Positions 39,618 through 50,213 of a DNA stretch of 64,000 nt are shown piece after piece. The notes below the pieces were generated by a model that saw only the letters and a list, made by a program, of their open reading frames with translations, had not been told where the DNA came from and did not search any database. Each line of letters starts with the position of its first letter. Positions within the stretch are counted from its first letter, which is position 1. The DNA is taken from positions 124,001 through 188,000 of the IMG/VR virus record IMGVR_UViG_3300042895_001344; one strand, 5' to 3'. The position numbers were made by a program, and so were the translations under genes.

Positions 39618-40838
39618 ATGTCAAAAATTAGAATTTTAGCAATTCCATCGGATAAGCATGGTGTAGGTAAGTTTAGAATGATGGATCCATTTGTATTCAT
39701 TTCAGATAAACATTCGGAAGATATTCACGTAGATATTTCGTATAATGCGGAAGATAGAGATGATTATTTTTTAAACTACGATATTGTAGTTTTTCATACT
39801 TTTATCCATCAAACAAATCACGAACATAACATTAAAAGAATTAATTGGTTAAAATCCAAAGGTATTATTACTATTATGGATATTGATGACCTATGGTTTG
39901 TTGATCAAAGACATCCAATGTATCATGCAATTAAAATGAATAAAGTTGGTGAGATGAAAATTGACATGTTAAAGACAGTTGATTATGTTAGTACTACCAC
40001 TCCAATATTTGCAAAAACAATTAAAGATAAATTAAAAGTTAATAATGTTGTTGTTTTTCCAAATGCGGTAAATGAAGATGAACCACAGTTTCAAAATAAA
40101 CCTGTTCAATCAGATAAAGTTAGATTTGGTTGGTTAGGTGGGTCTTCTCATTTACATGATTTAGAGTTATTGTCTAATGGAATTTCTTCCACATATAATT
40201 TATTTAAAGATAAAGTACAATTTGTTTTATGTGGGTTTGATACAAGAGGTAGTGTTACTGTGATTGATCAGAGTGGTAAACAACAACAAAGACCTATACA
40301 ACCAACTGAAACAGTATGGTACAAATATGAAGGATTTTTCACAGATGATTTTAAAGTATTAAGTTCTGAATATAAAAATTATTTAGGAACATTTACTCAA
40401 GGAGATTACAACGACATAGATGAACCATATAGAAGAAGATGGACAAAAGATATTAACAGTTATGCAACAAACTATAACACGTTTGACGTATCATTAGCAC
40501 CGTTAGTTGATTCGGTATTCAACGCAAATAAATCACAATTAAAAGTAATTGAAGCGGGATTTTTTAAGAAGGCAATCATTGCAAGTGATGTTGATCCATT
40601 TACAATCGATTTAATTTCTGCGGTTGATGAAGGTAAGTTTAATGATAAAGGAAACGCATTATTAGTAGGTTCTAAAAAGAACCATAAAGATTGGGCAAAA
40701 CATATGAAACGTTTAGTTGAAAATCCTAATATGATTGAAGACTTAGGTAATCGTTTATATGAAACAGTTAAAGACACATACTCATTAAAGAAAGTATGTA
40801 AAGATAGAGTAGAATTTTTTAAATCAATAATAAAATAA
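39618..40838 (+). CDS. Glycosyltransferase, GT-B fold (GT4-like)
   Basis: GVGKFRM, IMDIDDLW, VSTTT, FPNA, RFGWLGGSSHLHDL, LAPL...FN..KSQLKVIEAG. Confidence 0.8.
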   Translation: MSKIRILAIPSDKHGVGKFRMMDPFVFISDKHSEDIHVDISYNAEDRDDYFLNYDIVVFHTFIHQTNHEHNIKRINWLKSKGIITIMDIDDLWFVDQRHPMYHAIKMNKVGEMKIDMLKTVDYVSTTTPIFAKTIKDKLKVNNVVVFPNAVNEDEPQFQNKPVQSDKVRFGWLGGSSHLHDLELLSNGISSTYNLFKDKVQFVLCGFDTRGSVTVIDQSGKQQQRPIQPTETVWYKYEGFFTDDFKVLSSEYKNYLGTFTQGDYNDIDEPYRRRWTKDINSYATNYNTFDVSLAPLVDSVFNANKSQLKVIEAGFFKKAIIASDVDPFTIDLISAVDEGKFNDKGNALLVGSKKNHKDWAKHMKRLVENPNMIEDLGNRLYETVKDTYSLKKVCKDRVEFFKSIIK

Positions 40839-40844
40839 AACAAC

Positions 40845-41081
40845 ATGCATTATTTAGTTACAATCGGTTATGAGACCGAACAAATGGACAGAGAAGGAAA
40901 CCCTCGTGTTAAAAAGTACAAGTACATTATCGAGGCAGAATCAGTAGAAGAAGCAACCATTGTTGCATCAAAATACAGAGCTGGTGACACACGTTCAAGT
41001 GAAAGTATTTCAGTTGCAAAAATGGCAATTGAATGTATCATTGACAGTAAGAACACACCCGAGTATTACAAAAGTAAATAA
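40845..41081 (+). CDS. Small protein resembling DUF4494 (Bacteroidota family)
   Basis: YLVTIGYETEQMDREGNPRVKKYKYIIEAESVEEA pattern, recognised from memory. Confidence 0.45.
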   Translation: MHYLVTIGYETEQMDREGNPRVKKYKYIIEAESVEEATIVASKYRAGDTRSSESISVAKMAIECIIDSKNTPEYYKSK

Positions 41082-41100
41082 CAATTAAACACCAACTGAT

Positions 41101-41316
41101 ATGGAATTTTATAGTCGTGAGATACAAATTATGCGTCAATCACAAAGTAAAATGGCATTGGAATATGTAACATCAGTTGGTGTTTCTGTTACTCTTGAGG
41201 AGTTGGTAAGGATTACCGATTTATTTGTGGAGATATGTTTACGTCCACAAGATGATAATCTTAAACAAAGAATTAAGGCATTAGATAAATGGTTAGAAGA
41301 AAAGAAAAATAAATAA
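41101..41316 (+). CDS. Small hypothetical protein
   Basis: 71-aa ORF within the operon. Confidence 0.6.
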   Translation: MEFYSREIQIMRQSQSKMALEYVTSVGVSVTLEELVRITDLFVEICLRPQDDNLKQRIKALDKWLEEKKNK

Positions 41317-41317
41317 A

Positions 41318-41950
41318 ATGGACCAAAAAGAAGCTGAAGAATATTTAAAAAAATTAGAAGATTTTGAAAAAACAATCGGAACCGATAATGAAGATGATTT
41401 AGATTTAAATTTTATGTCGGAGTTAAATGAATTGTTGACAAAATTACAAGAAGAATTACAACCAATTCAACCTGTTACTGAACAAAATATAATTAACACT
41501 CAACCAACGATGACGGGTGGGGGTGTTTTAGTTAAAGTAAAAAAATTAGATACAAATGCGGTTATTCCTTCATATTCAAAAGTTGGTGATGCTGGTATGG
41601 ATTTAACAATCACAAAAGAAATTGAAAATACATCATTTAGTGTATCGTATGGTTTTGGTATTGCAATGGAAATTCCTAAAGGTTATGTTGGGTTAGTATT
41701 TCCTCGTTCATCAGTTAGAAATCAAGATTTAATATTATCAAATTGTGTTGGTGTTATTGATAGTGGATATAGAGGTGAATTACAAGCAACATTTAAGAAA
41801 ACTCAAGGTTTGGATTCAATTAAATATAAAGTGGGTGAAAGAGGTGCACAGATTATCATATTACCTTATCCTACTATATATATGACTGAAGTTCCTGAAT
41901 TATCAGATACTGAAAGAGGTAGTGGTGGATTTGGATCTACGGGAAAATAG
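41318..41950 (+). CDS. dut: Trimeric dUTPase with N-terminal helical extension
   Basis: GDAGMDL, FPRSS, GVIDSGYRGE, GAQII, RGSGGFGSTG. Confidence 0.95.
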   Translation: MDQKEAEEYLKKLEDFEKTIGTDNEDDLDLNFMSELNELLTKLQEELQPIQPVTEQNIINTQPTMTGGGVLVKVKKLDTNAVIPSYSKVGDAGMDLTITKEIENTSFSVSYGFGIAMEIPKGYVGLVFPRSSVRNQDLILSNCVGVIDSGYRGELQATFKKTQGLDSIKYKVGERGAQIIILPYPTIYMTEVPELSDTERGSGGFGSTGK

Positions 41951-41953
41951 TGA

Positions 41954-41961
41954 TATTTATA
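41954..41961 (+). promoter_or_regulatory. Late motif TATTTATA
   Basis: Upstream of phoH. Confidence 0.7.
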
Positions 41962-41993
41962 AACAATAAACGGATCATTTAAAACTATCAACT

Positions 41994-42725
41994 TTGGCGT
42001 ATAAAACAAAAACCAAGACAACCAACCACCCACCCGTATTAGTAGAAGAAAAGAAAGTATCACATAAAGATAGGATTAGACAAATCATCAAACGTCCTAA
42101 AGAAAAGTTCCTAACCAAAAACCAAGAAACCTATTGGAATATTCTTGGAGAAAATCAAATTACATTATGTTTCGGTCCCGCAGGTGTAGGTAAATCCTAC
42201 ATAGCAATGAAACGTGCAGTAGACCTATTATACGACGATTCTAACAAGTATGAGAAGATTATCATAGTAAGACCCGCAGTTGAAGCTGAGGAGAAATTAG
42301 GGTCACTTCCAGGGGGATTAGAAGAGAAATTAGATCCATACATATACCCATCATATTATCTATTAAATAAGATTATCGGGAAAGAGGCTCGTGAAGAACT
42401 AAAAGATCAAGGTTATATCGAAGTTGCTGCCCTTGCTTACATGAGAGGTTGGAACGTAGATAATACTATCCTTGTTTTTGAAGAAGCTCAAAATGCTACA
42501 CCATCTCAAATTAAGTTATTATTAACTCGTATCGGTTTTAATTCTAAATTCTTTATTTCGGGTGATCTTGAACAATCAGACAAATATCGCGACAAAACAA
42601 AATCAGGACTTTACGATGCTAAAATGAGATTACAAGATGTTAAAGGAATTGGTTTATTTGAATTCGGAATGCAAGATATTGTAAGGAACCCTATCATCGG
42701 TGAAATATTGAATAGATACGATTAG
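41994..42725 (+). CDS. phoH: PhoH-family ATPase (TTG start)
   Basis: GPAGVGKS, RPAVEAEEKLGSLPG, AYMRG, EEAQN, GDLEQSD, VRNP. Confidence 0.95.
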   Translation: MAYKTKTKTTNHPPVLVEEKKVSHKDRIRQIIKRPKEKFLTKNQETYWNILGENQITLCFGPAGVGKSYIAMKRAVDLLYDDSNKYEKIIIVRPAVEAEEKLGSLPGGLEEKLDPYIYPSYYLLNKIIGKEAREELKDQGYIEVAALAYMRGWNVDNTILVFEEAQNATPSQIKLLLTRIGFNSKFFISGDLEQSDKYRDKTKSGLYDAKMRLQDVKGIGLFEFGMQDIVRNPIIGEILNRYD

Positions 42726-42762
42726 TATTTACTTATAATTCAATTCGTTGTATATTTTTACA

Positions 42763-43449
42763 ATGGAAATATATATTAGTATTGATGGTGTTTTAAGAAA
42801 TACAATTCAAAAGTTTGATTATCATTATAATGAATCATATTTCAATAGTGATATTACAATTGAAGATGAAGAAGAAAACACATTTGAATATGCAGTTACT
42901 GAACCTATTCAAAATGATAATCTTTTAAATTCTTACAAATTTCAATCACAAGAAGAGTTTGAAAACTTTTTATTCATTGAATACCCAATTGAAATATTTG
43001 GTCATGCTGGATTAAGTTATTCAACTACATTTACCGATTTACATAAAATTTTATTTGATAATCCCGAACATAATTTTACATTAGTTGGGTTGGACGAATT
43101 AGGTAAATCTAAACCTGCAACATTATTCTTTTTATCTAAAAATGGTTTTCTTGGTAATAATATTAAATTTATTAAAACAAAAGATATTGAAGATAATTGG
43201 AAACAATGCGATGTGTGGATCACCGACAATAAAAAGATTATTGACTTAATTCCTGAGAATAAAACTGGAATCAAATTCAATACCACTTATAATCAATTCT
43301 TTACTTATGGTAAAGAAATATCTAAATTAATAGAAATAAACGAACCATGGTTGAAATCTTTGGAAAAAACTACTACATTGACCTTGACGGAATCACAGAG
43401 AAGTGTAGAACAGGAGGAACCATCCCAGACGAAGACGGAACTGAAGTAA
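42763..43449 (+). CDS. HAD-like (5'-nucleotidase-type) protein with degenerate motif I
   Basis: ISIDGVLR replaces DxDGVL; DVWITD. ATG at 42763 follows TATATTTT (42751-42758), preferred over the track TTG at 42748. Confidence 0.5.
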   Translation: MEIYISIDGVLRNTIQKFDYHYNESYFNSDITIEDEEENTFEYAVTEPIQNDNLLNSYKFQSQEEFENFLFIEYPIEIFGHAGLSYSTTFTDLHKILFDNPEHNFTLVGLDELGKSKPATLFFLSKNGFLGNNIKFIKTKDIEDNWKQCDVWITDNKKIIDLIPENKTGIKFNTTYNQFFTYGKEISKLIEINEPWLKSLEKTTTLTLTESQRSVEQEEPSQTKTELK

Positions 43450-43631
43450 CCGAAGTAAACATATTCAAATACGAAATTATAAAAATGTGTTTGGATAGAG
43501 TTTTAGGTGAAATTGACGAAGTTGACGAAGGGCTTGGAAAATTTGCACAAGAAGGAACATCAGTATCTTTCAGAATTGCATTTAACACATTAATAAAAAA
43601 TCAAATTTTAATAGAAGACGAAGATGAGTAA
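43347..43631 (+). CDS. Hypothetical protein (94 aa)
   Basis: ATG start, coupled to the next gene; overlaps the upstream ORF by 103 nt. Confidence 0.65.
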   Translation: MVEIFGKNYYIDLDGITEKCRTGGTIPDEDGTEVTEVNIFKYEIIKMCLDRVLGEIDEVDEGLGKFAQEGTSVSFRIAFNTLIKNQILIEDEDE

Positions 43632-44679
43632 AGAAAACATAGAAAAACTTGAATCAGCCTTAGGAAGGTTAGAAACAAAAGAAAACGTTATATATTTTTT
43701 AACGTACGATACTAAAAATAATGCGAGAGCAGCGATTAAACATATCTATGATATGGCTTTAACGTTAAAAGAAAATGGACACACTCCAAAAATTTTAACA
43801 GAAGATAAATCATATATTAGACCTGAATGGTTAGGTGAAAAATATGATGATTTAGAACTTGTTTCAATTAAAGAAGACAAAATCAATATTCAAATTGATG
43901 ATGTGATTGTTGTTCCTGAATATTATTCAAATGTACTACAACAATTATCAAATGTAAGATGTACTAAAGTTATGTTGATACAACAAAAAGAATATATTTT
44001 TGAAACATTACCAGTTGGTAGTCGTTGGAGTGATTATGGATTTGATCGTGTAATCGTAACCACCGAGTCAACTAAAAAATATGTACAAGAATTATTTCCA
44101 GAATCTTTAGTTCATATTATCCCACCAATTATTGGTGATAATTTTAAACCTACTGAAGGTATTGTAAAACCTTACATTGCAATTAGTTGTAGAGATAGAG
44201 TTAAACATAGAAAATTCATTTCTGAATTTTATATCAAATATCCTCATTTACGTTGGATCACATTTAAAGATATGGTTCAAATGACATATGAAGAATTCTC
44301 AGAAGGACTAAAAGATTGTATGGTTTCATTATGGGCCGATGACGAATCAACATTTGGTACGTTCCCATTAGAATCAATGAAATCGGGTGTTCCGATTATT
44401 GGTAAAATACCAAGTACAGAACCTGATTGGTTAAATGAAAATGGTATGTGGACTTATGATGAAAATAAATTAGTTGACATTTTAGGGACATTTGTTTTAG
44501 CTTGGTTAGATGGTGTTGAATTAACTGATGAAGTTAAACAAAAAATGAAAGATACTTTATTACCATATGATACTGAAATAACTAAAAATAATATCTTATC
44601 AATTTTCAATTCATTTACCAATAAAAGAGTTGAGACTTTATCGAAGGCATTAGAAAATCTAAAAAAAGAACAAGAATAA
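43624..44679 (+). CDS. Glycosyltransferase-like protein, GT-B fold
   Basis: VIVVPEYY, DDESTFGTFPLESMKSGVPIIG (GT-B donor-binding pattern). Confidence 0.7.
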   Translation: MSKENIEKLESALGRLETKENVIYFLTYDTKNNARAAIKHIYDMALTLKENGHTPKILTEDKSYIRPEWLGEKYDDLELVSIKEDKINIQIDDVIVVPEYYSNVLQQLSNVRCTKVMLIQQKEYIFETLPVGSRWSDYGFDRVIVTTESTKKYVQELFPESLVHIIPPIIGDNFKPTEGIVKPYIAISCRDRVKHRKFISEFYIKYPHLRWITFKDMVQMTYEEFSEGLKDCMVSLWADDESTFGTFPLESMKSGVPIIGKIPSTEPDWLNENGMWTYDENKLVDILGTFVLAWLDGVELTDEVKQKMKDTLLPYDTEITKNNILSIFNSFTNKRVETLSKALENLKKEQE

Positions 44680-44680
44680 T

Positions 44681-45460
44681 ATGAAAAATATAACAGTAAT
44701 TTTACCTGTACATAGACTAGATGGCATTTATAAAGAAATGTTAGATAATTCGATTAAATCAGTTGAACAATTTCATAATGATGTTAACTTATCAATAGTA
44801 TGTCCACCATCATTAAAAACAGAATTAGTAAATTTATCTGAAGTTTTAGAAATTGAAGTTATTTCTAACAATGGTAAAACTGATTTTTGTTCTCAAGTAA
44901 ATTTGGGAATTGAAAAATGTAAAACTGAATGGTTTAGTATTTTAGAAATTGATGATGAGTATAAATCAATTTGGTTAAAATCAACAAACGAATATGTTAA
45001 AACATATACCGATGTTGATGTATTTTTACCTGTAGTTAAGGATATTAATGTTGATGGAAATTTTGTAAGTTTTACAAATGAATCAACTTGGGCATATGGG
45101 TTTACTGAAAAACAAGGTATATTGGATAATGAAGTTTTATTAGATTTTCAAAACTATCAAATTAGTGGTGGACTTTATAAAACACAAGTTATTAAAGATA
45201 ATGGTTCATTAAAAGAAAATATCAAGTTAACATTTGGTTATGAGTTTTTATTAAGATTAACACATAACAATATTAAGGTTATGACCGTACCAAGAGTAGG
45301 ATATCAACACTTAAACTTTAGAGAGGATTCGTTATTTTGGTCATATAAAAACGATGAAACTAATAAGATTAGTGAAGATGAGGCTAAGTTTTGGTTGGAG
45401 ACGGCAAAGAAGGAATTTTTCTTTAAAAATAAACGAGATGTAAATTATGAAATAGCTTAA
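44681..45460 (+). CDS. Glycosyltransferase family 2 (GT-A)
   Basis: ITVILPVH, FCSQVNLGIE, WFSILEIDDEY (DxD-like), YEFLLRL. Confidence 0.8.
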   Translation: MKNITVILPVHRLDGIYKEMLDNSIKSVEQFHNDVNLSIVCPPSLKTELVNLSEVLEIEVISNNGKTDFCSQVNLGIEKCKTEWFSILEIDDEYKSIWLKSTNEYVKTYTDVDVFLPVVKDINVDGNFVSFTNESTWAYGFTEKQGILDNEVLLDFQNYQISGGLYKTQVIKDNGSLKENIKLTFGYEFLLRLTHNNIKVMTVPRVGYQHLNFREDSLFWSYKNDETNKISEDEAKFWLETAKKEFFFKNKRDVNYEIA

Positions 45461-46161
45461 TGCCAAGACCAAGAACCCAAAAAATATATTTTGGGGAGGA
45501 TCAAGAGAAGGCGGTAGTCAATTACTTAGAAAGTACTGATGAAGCAGAAAAAAATAAGATATTCAATGAATATTTACGTGAACCCCTAATTATAATGGTC
45601 GAATCAATTATTCGACGTTATAAACTTTATAGAAAAGATATGGAATTTGAAGAGATTCATACAGACACCATGTCCTTTCTTATAACAAAGATCAACAAGT
45701 TTGATCATACCAAGAATACCAAAGCATATTCTTATTTTGGTACCATCTGTAAAAACTACCTTATGGGTGCAATACAGAAGGATACAAAGGAACAAAACAG
45801 ACAAGTATCGTATGATGATATATCCTCAGATTTTGAAGATAGTAAAGACCTTTCATATGTAATTGACGAATTCGTAGTTGATTACGCATCTGTAATTGTA
45901 AAACTTACCGTGGATTTAGAAAATTTTGTGGAAAAGGAAAAAAACCTATCTGATAATGAAAGAAAACTGGGTTATGCATTATTAGAAATTTTTGGAAACT
46001 TCGATAAGATATTTCAAGTAGGAGATGGTAATAAATTCAATAAGAACCTCATTTTACTCTCTTTAAGAGAAATGACCTCATTATCAACAAAAGAGATTAG
46101 AGTCTCCCTAAAACGTTACAAGAAATTATATGACGGTATTTTGGGTGGGTTTTTAGAATAA
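45460..46161 (+). CDS. Phage late sigma factor (T4 gp55-like)
   Basis: IYF...KAVVNY...MVESII...KINKFD...KAYSYFGTICKNY matches the gp55/sigma region-2 pattern. Confidence 0.7.
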   Translation: MPRPRTQKIYFGEDQEKAVVNYLESTDEAEKNKIFNEYLREPLIIMVESIIRRYKLYRKDMEFEEIHTDTMSFLITKINKFDHTKNTKAYSYFGTICKNYLMGAIQKDTKEQNRQVSYDDISSDFEDSKDLSYVIDEFVVDYASVIVKLTVDLENFVEKEKNLSDNERKLGYALLEIFGNFDKIFQVGDGNKFNKNLILLSLREMTSLSTKEIRVSLKRYKKLYDGILGGFLE

Positions 46162-46164
46162 ATC

Positions 46165-46172
46165 TATTTATT
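46165..46172 (+). promoter_or_regulatory. Late motif TATTTATT
   Basis: 3 nt before ATG 46176. Confidence 0.7.
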
Positions 46173-46175
46173 GAT

Positions 46176-46556
46176 ATGAGAACACAAAGAAACAATATTA
46201 CATTAGATGTTGATTCGGCGTTAGCCTTAATGCAGGAGATCTACAACGATGTCGTTGAGAATAGAAATACCGCATCCACCATTTTGAGAAAAATGATGAG
46301 TTTTATGAAGGACGCTGAAGATATGAGTACAATCGGACCTGTTATTAAAGAACAACAGAAGATCCTTAACGATTGTACCGAGAAGAAAATTTCATTAGTT
46401 AAATTACAAAGTGTTTTACTTAAACAAACCACCGGTGGGTCTGGTGGTGGAGGTGGTTCTATGGGTAAATTGACTTTATCTGACGAAGATCGTGAGATTT
46501 TGGATAGATTGGTTAATGATGGAAATGATAATAAATCAACTAACTATTCATTATAA
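46176..46556 (+). CDS. Coiled-coil late protein, possibly small-terminase-like
   Basis: Helical 126 aa with Gly linker; late motif 3 nt upstream; function is a guess. Confidence 0.35.
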   Translation: MRTQRNNITLDVDSALALMQEIYNDVVENRNTASTILRKMMSFMKDAEDMSTIGPVIKEQQKILNDCTEKKISLVKLQSVLLKQTTGGSGGGGGSMGKLTLSDEDREILDRLVNDGNDNKSTNYSL

Positions 46557-48490
46557 TGTTTGACAAATTAAAGACCAAAATTGATTTAATTCAGAAAAGT
46601 GTTGATAGTGCATCAGTTAAAATGGAAATTAATTCTGATGACTTTATTAAAAAACATGCTCCTAAATTACCAAATTTAGATGCTAAATTAGAACAGTTTA
46701 AATCTAAATTAGCAAACAAAAAAAAGAAAAAACAAAATCAAAAAAATATTTTTGAGGAAGTTATTAGTGTAGTAAATAAATTTTTAGAAGCGGGTAGAAA
46801 AGTTAATGATTCAAGTAGATTTCAATCTACTCAAAGATTAAGACAACACGTTATTGATTCTGTAGAAGTCACATCTAATTCCGCAAAACAAATTTTAATG
46901 GATTGCGTTAAAAGTGCGTTTTTTGCAAATGGAGGAATATGTGGTACTGATCGATTTCTTACAGGTGCCGATATGGACTCTGTAGTTATTTCACCAAAAG
47001 AGATTGATTTTTTAAATATGTTTAGAGTTCCACCAAAAAGTGATTATGGTGCAATAATGTATGAAAACCCCAAAAGAACGGGGGGTAATAAAGTTCAAGT
47101 AAATACAGGACTATATAATTCATTTACAGGAGGAACATTTGAATATGAAACACCAAGTAATAAAACATTATTTACATCAACTTGGAATACAAGTGATCAA
47201 ACATTTCAAATAAGTGGATTAACACAGGGTCCAGGTCTTGGACAATATGGTATTATTAAAGTAGAAGATTTCTTTAATGATTATTATTCAAATATAGAAA
47301 TGCCAGATTTAAATGAAATTGTAAAGAAAGCGATGTTACTTACTTTAAAGGCGGCTAGTGTCAGTGCAGATAAAACCGGTGTAAAAGTCGGAGGATCTGC
47401 AACAGGAATGGAAAATCCTTTAGATTTTACCCCTTCATTAGATGAGGCAATTAATAACTTGGAAAGAATGTTAAATAAATTGTTTGCTTTTTGTAATAAC
47501 CAAACCGAACAATTGAGTGGACAAACTCCAACAAATCTATTTCACGAAAATGAAGAACCCGATGAATTTTATTTTGATTTTGATGACGTTGAAGGAATTG
47601 ATATAGATTCTGAAGATGCGAGAAGAAGAAAAGTTTTAAAATTTGTGGACTGTAACAACTTTGAGGTTCCTTATAATACGGTTCATATTGAGGACTTTAT
47701 TTATTTAGAAGATAAAACGGATCTAAGAACATTGATAGACGGTGCATTAAATAAAGCTGCGTCAGATGCATATGAACAATCTAATTTTGCAATTGACTTA
47801 CCTAGTTTTCAATTATCCATAAATTTATCTTTTATCTTCAATATACCTAAGGCCTTAATAATGAGTGTAATATCACCTAAGATGTTTTTACCATTTGTAA
47901 TAATTTATAAATTATTCACAGCGGGAGCAAAACAATTGATATTCGATGTAAAAACAATAATGAAATTATTGAAAAAGATTTTCTTATGTACAATTAACCA
48001 ATTGTTTTGGAAATTTTTACGTGAGTTTTGGAAAAGAGTTAAAGCCGACCTTAAGAATTTTTTAAAAAGAATAATACAAAAAATATTAAGAGATAAGTTT
48101 AGAAGATATTATATAGTAATTGCCGCGTTGATTGCATTATTAAAAAGAATAATTGAAACTGGTATAAATAACTGTGCGGATTTAATTGGTGCAATTGGTG
48201 CTGCAATTGACGGCGCATTAAGTGCATCGGGGGGTTTAAACATACCAAACGTCCTTTTATTAATTGCAGATAAATTACCTGGTTTTAGTGCGGTTAAAAC
48301 ATCTATGGACGTTAATGAAAAAATGGAAGCGATGGGGATTCCAACAGGAGATGTAAATGGAGAACCTAACTATCACCTACTATCACATTCAGCGGCGATA
48401 GAGGGACTCGCCGATAATTTAGCAAAAACACCATTTATATCAATACCTAAAGCATCAGGTATACCGGTTGGTGCATTAATGAAACATTAA
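46556..48490 (+). CDS. Large hypothetical structural protein (644 aa)
   Basis: In the late operon ahead of the spike gene. Confidence 0.6.
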   Translation: MFDKLKTKIDLIQKSVDSASVKMEINSDDFIKKHAPKLPNLDAKLEQFKSKLANKKKKKQNQKNIFEEVISVVNKFLEAGRKVNDSSRFQSTQRLRQHVIDSVEVTSNSAKQILMDCVKSAFFANGGICGTDRFLTGADMDSVVISPKEIDFLNMFRVPPKSDYGAIMYENPKRTGGNKVQVNTGLYNSFTGGTFEYETPSNKTLFTSTWNTSDQTFQISGLTQGPGLGQYGIIKVEDFFNDYYSNIEMPDLNEIVKKAMLLTLKAASVSADKTGVKVGGSATGMENPLDFTPSLDEAINNLERMLNKLFAFCNNQTEQLSGQTPTNLFHENEEPDEFYFDFDDVEGIDIDSEDARRRKVLKFVDCNNFEVPYNTVHIEDFIYLEDKTDLRTLIDGALNKAASDAYEQSNFAIDLPSFQLSINLSFIFNIPKALIMSVISPKMFLPFVIIYKLFTAGAKQLIFDVKTIMKLLKKIFLCTINQLFWKFLREFWKRVKADLKNFLKRIIQKILRDKFRRYYIVIAALIALLKRIIETGINNCADLIGAIGAAIDGALSASGGLNIPNVLLLIADKLPGFSAVKTSMDVNEKMEAMGIPTGDVNGEPNYHLLSHSAAIEGLADNLAKTPFISIPKASGIPVGALMKH

Positions 48491-48493
48491 GAT

Positions 48494-48697
48494 ATGGAAA
48501 GTCAAAAATTAATTGAAATTGCAAACGATGTAGAAAATAAATCTAATAAAGATTTAATGATTGTTGCGGATGAATTAAATGAGGAATTTGAAAAAACTAA
48601 AGAATTAATTATTGATTTAACCAGACATTTAGATGGTGTTGAAAGTTTATATAATAAGGTTAATAAAGAAATAGAAAAAAGATATACAGGGAAATGA
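48494..48697 (+). CDS. Small coiled-coil protein
   Basis: 67 aa heptad pattern; coupled to the next gene. Confidence 0.6.
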   Translation: MESQKLIEIANDVENKSNKDLMIVADELNEEFEKTKELIIDLTRHLDGVESLYNKVNKEIEKRYTGK

Positions 48698-50208
48698 AAA
48701 TAATAGATATTGGTAAATGTATTGATAATGTTGATCCTTTAGGTATTGGTAGAATAAGGGTTAGTCGTTATAACGAATATACGGGACAGAAAGAAGGTGC
48801 GATCGACTATGAACCATGGAGTGATAGAGATTTATTTATTGCCAATCCTTTCTTACCTTCTAATGTCAATTTTATTCCTGAGATTAATCAATCTGTAAAA
48901 ATAATACAATACAATACTGATAAAGATACAGTAAACGTTGAGTACATTGCCGGTCCATTTACAACGATGTATGATTATAACGGACAAACATTCTCACAAC
49001 AAATTGCAAATACCACTTATGGTACTAACGTTAAACATAAAGCTAATATTAGAAATTCGACAGGTGAATATATAAATAAAAAATCTGAAAATACATTTGC
49101 AAAAGAAAAAGATTTTGCAATATATGGTAAGAGTGGTTCTGATGTTCTTTTTACAGAAAATGGATTACAATTGAGAGGTGGTAAATTATTATCCAAAGAG
49201 GCGGCCAGTACTGTGAATAGACAAACTATGTTAGATTATCCTTTAATGGCTAAAAAGTCATCAAGGATTTATTTGAAAAAATTCCCTAAAAAAATGAACT
49301 TAGAGGAGGTTTTAACTACCGAAAATATAAGTGAAAACAAAGATTTAAATTATATTATTGAATATGATGTAAATAGTTTTGTAAATGATGCAACGGGTTA
49401 TACTATTAGTTTGTATGTTTATAAAGTAAACGGGGCGTTAGGTGATCTATTTAAAACAAATTATTTTACCGAAAATACCGAGGTTCAATCTTCTTTAATT
49501 AAGTTAATTAATGATGACAACACGAACACAACACCCACTTATCAAATAACTGTAACATCAATATCCGACATATATAGAGAAATAAGAGATAAAATATTTT
49601 TAGTACACGACAAAGGATTAAATGAATTAAACACTCAATATCCTTCAGATGATATACATCCGTTCTTTTTTAGGCCATACACTAATTTTAAAAGATCTTT
49701 ATCGACTACGGACGAATTAAATAATAAACAAACTATTTTGAATGGAATTAACGTATTAAGAATTGGTCCTGGTGCTGGTTTAATATGGTCAGCAACAAGA
49801 GCAAAGGCGGAAGTTAATCCTGTTAATTCGATTGAGAAGGTTGCTAAAATTGATAATAATACTGCCGAACAAACATTTGGAGCTATGTTAGTGGATAAAC
49901 TTTATCTATTATCAACTGATTTAGGTACAAACGAATCTACCAATCCTGTACCATTTGTCGATTTAAATGGTTATGAATTATCTCAACAAGATTATATAGA
50001 AAAAATTGAACCTTCAACCTTTTCAACGGTAAGAGGTGAAAATCTATTAAAATTACTTAGTAAAATGATAGAAGTTATTTTTACTCATAGACATAATCCA
50101 TTAATGCCAATATCGGGTCAATATGATTACGATCATGGTAATGAACTTAAGGAACTTTTTAAGACTATTGAAAATGACATTTTAAATAAATCGATTAGAA
50201 TCAACTAA
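48694..50208 (+). CDS. Baseplate central spike (gp5/gpV-like)
   Basis: N-terminal OB-fold pattern CIDNVDPLGIGRIRV...PFLP...IPEINQSV; C-terminal THRH (HxH iron-binding tip motif). Confidence 0.75.
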   Translation: MKIIDIGKCIDNVDPLGIGRIRVSRYNEYTGQKEGAIDYEPWSDRDLFIANPFLPSNVNFIPEINQSVKIIQYNTDKDTVNVEYIAGPFTTMYDYNGQTFSQQIANTTYGTNVKHKANIRNSTGEYINKKSENTFAKEKDFAIYGKSGSDVLFTENGLQLRGGKLLSKEAASTVNRQTMLDYPLMAKKSSRIYLKKFPKKMNLEEVLTTENISENKDLNYIIEYDVNSFVNDATGYTISLYVYKVNGALGDLFKTNYFTENTEVQSSLIKLINDDNTNTTPTYQITVTSISDIYREIRDKIFLVHDKGLNELNTQYPSDDIHPFFFRPYTNFKRSLSTTDELNNKQTILNGINVLRIGPGAGLIWSATRAKAEVNPVNSIEKVAKIDNNTAEQTFGAMLVDKLYLLSTDLGTNESTNPVPFVDLNGYELSQQDYIEKIEPSTFSTVRGENLLKLLSKMIEVIFTHRHNPLMPISGQYDYDHGNELKELFKTIENDILNKSIRIN

Positions 50209-50213
50209 TTTGA

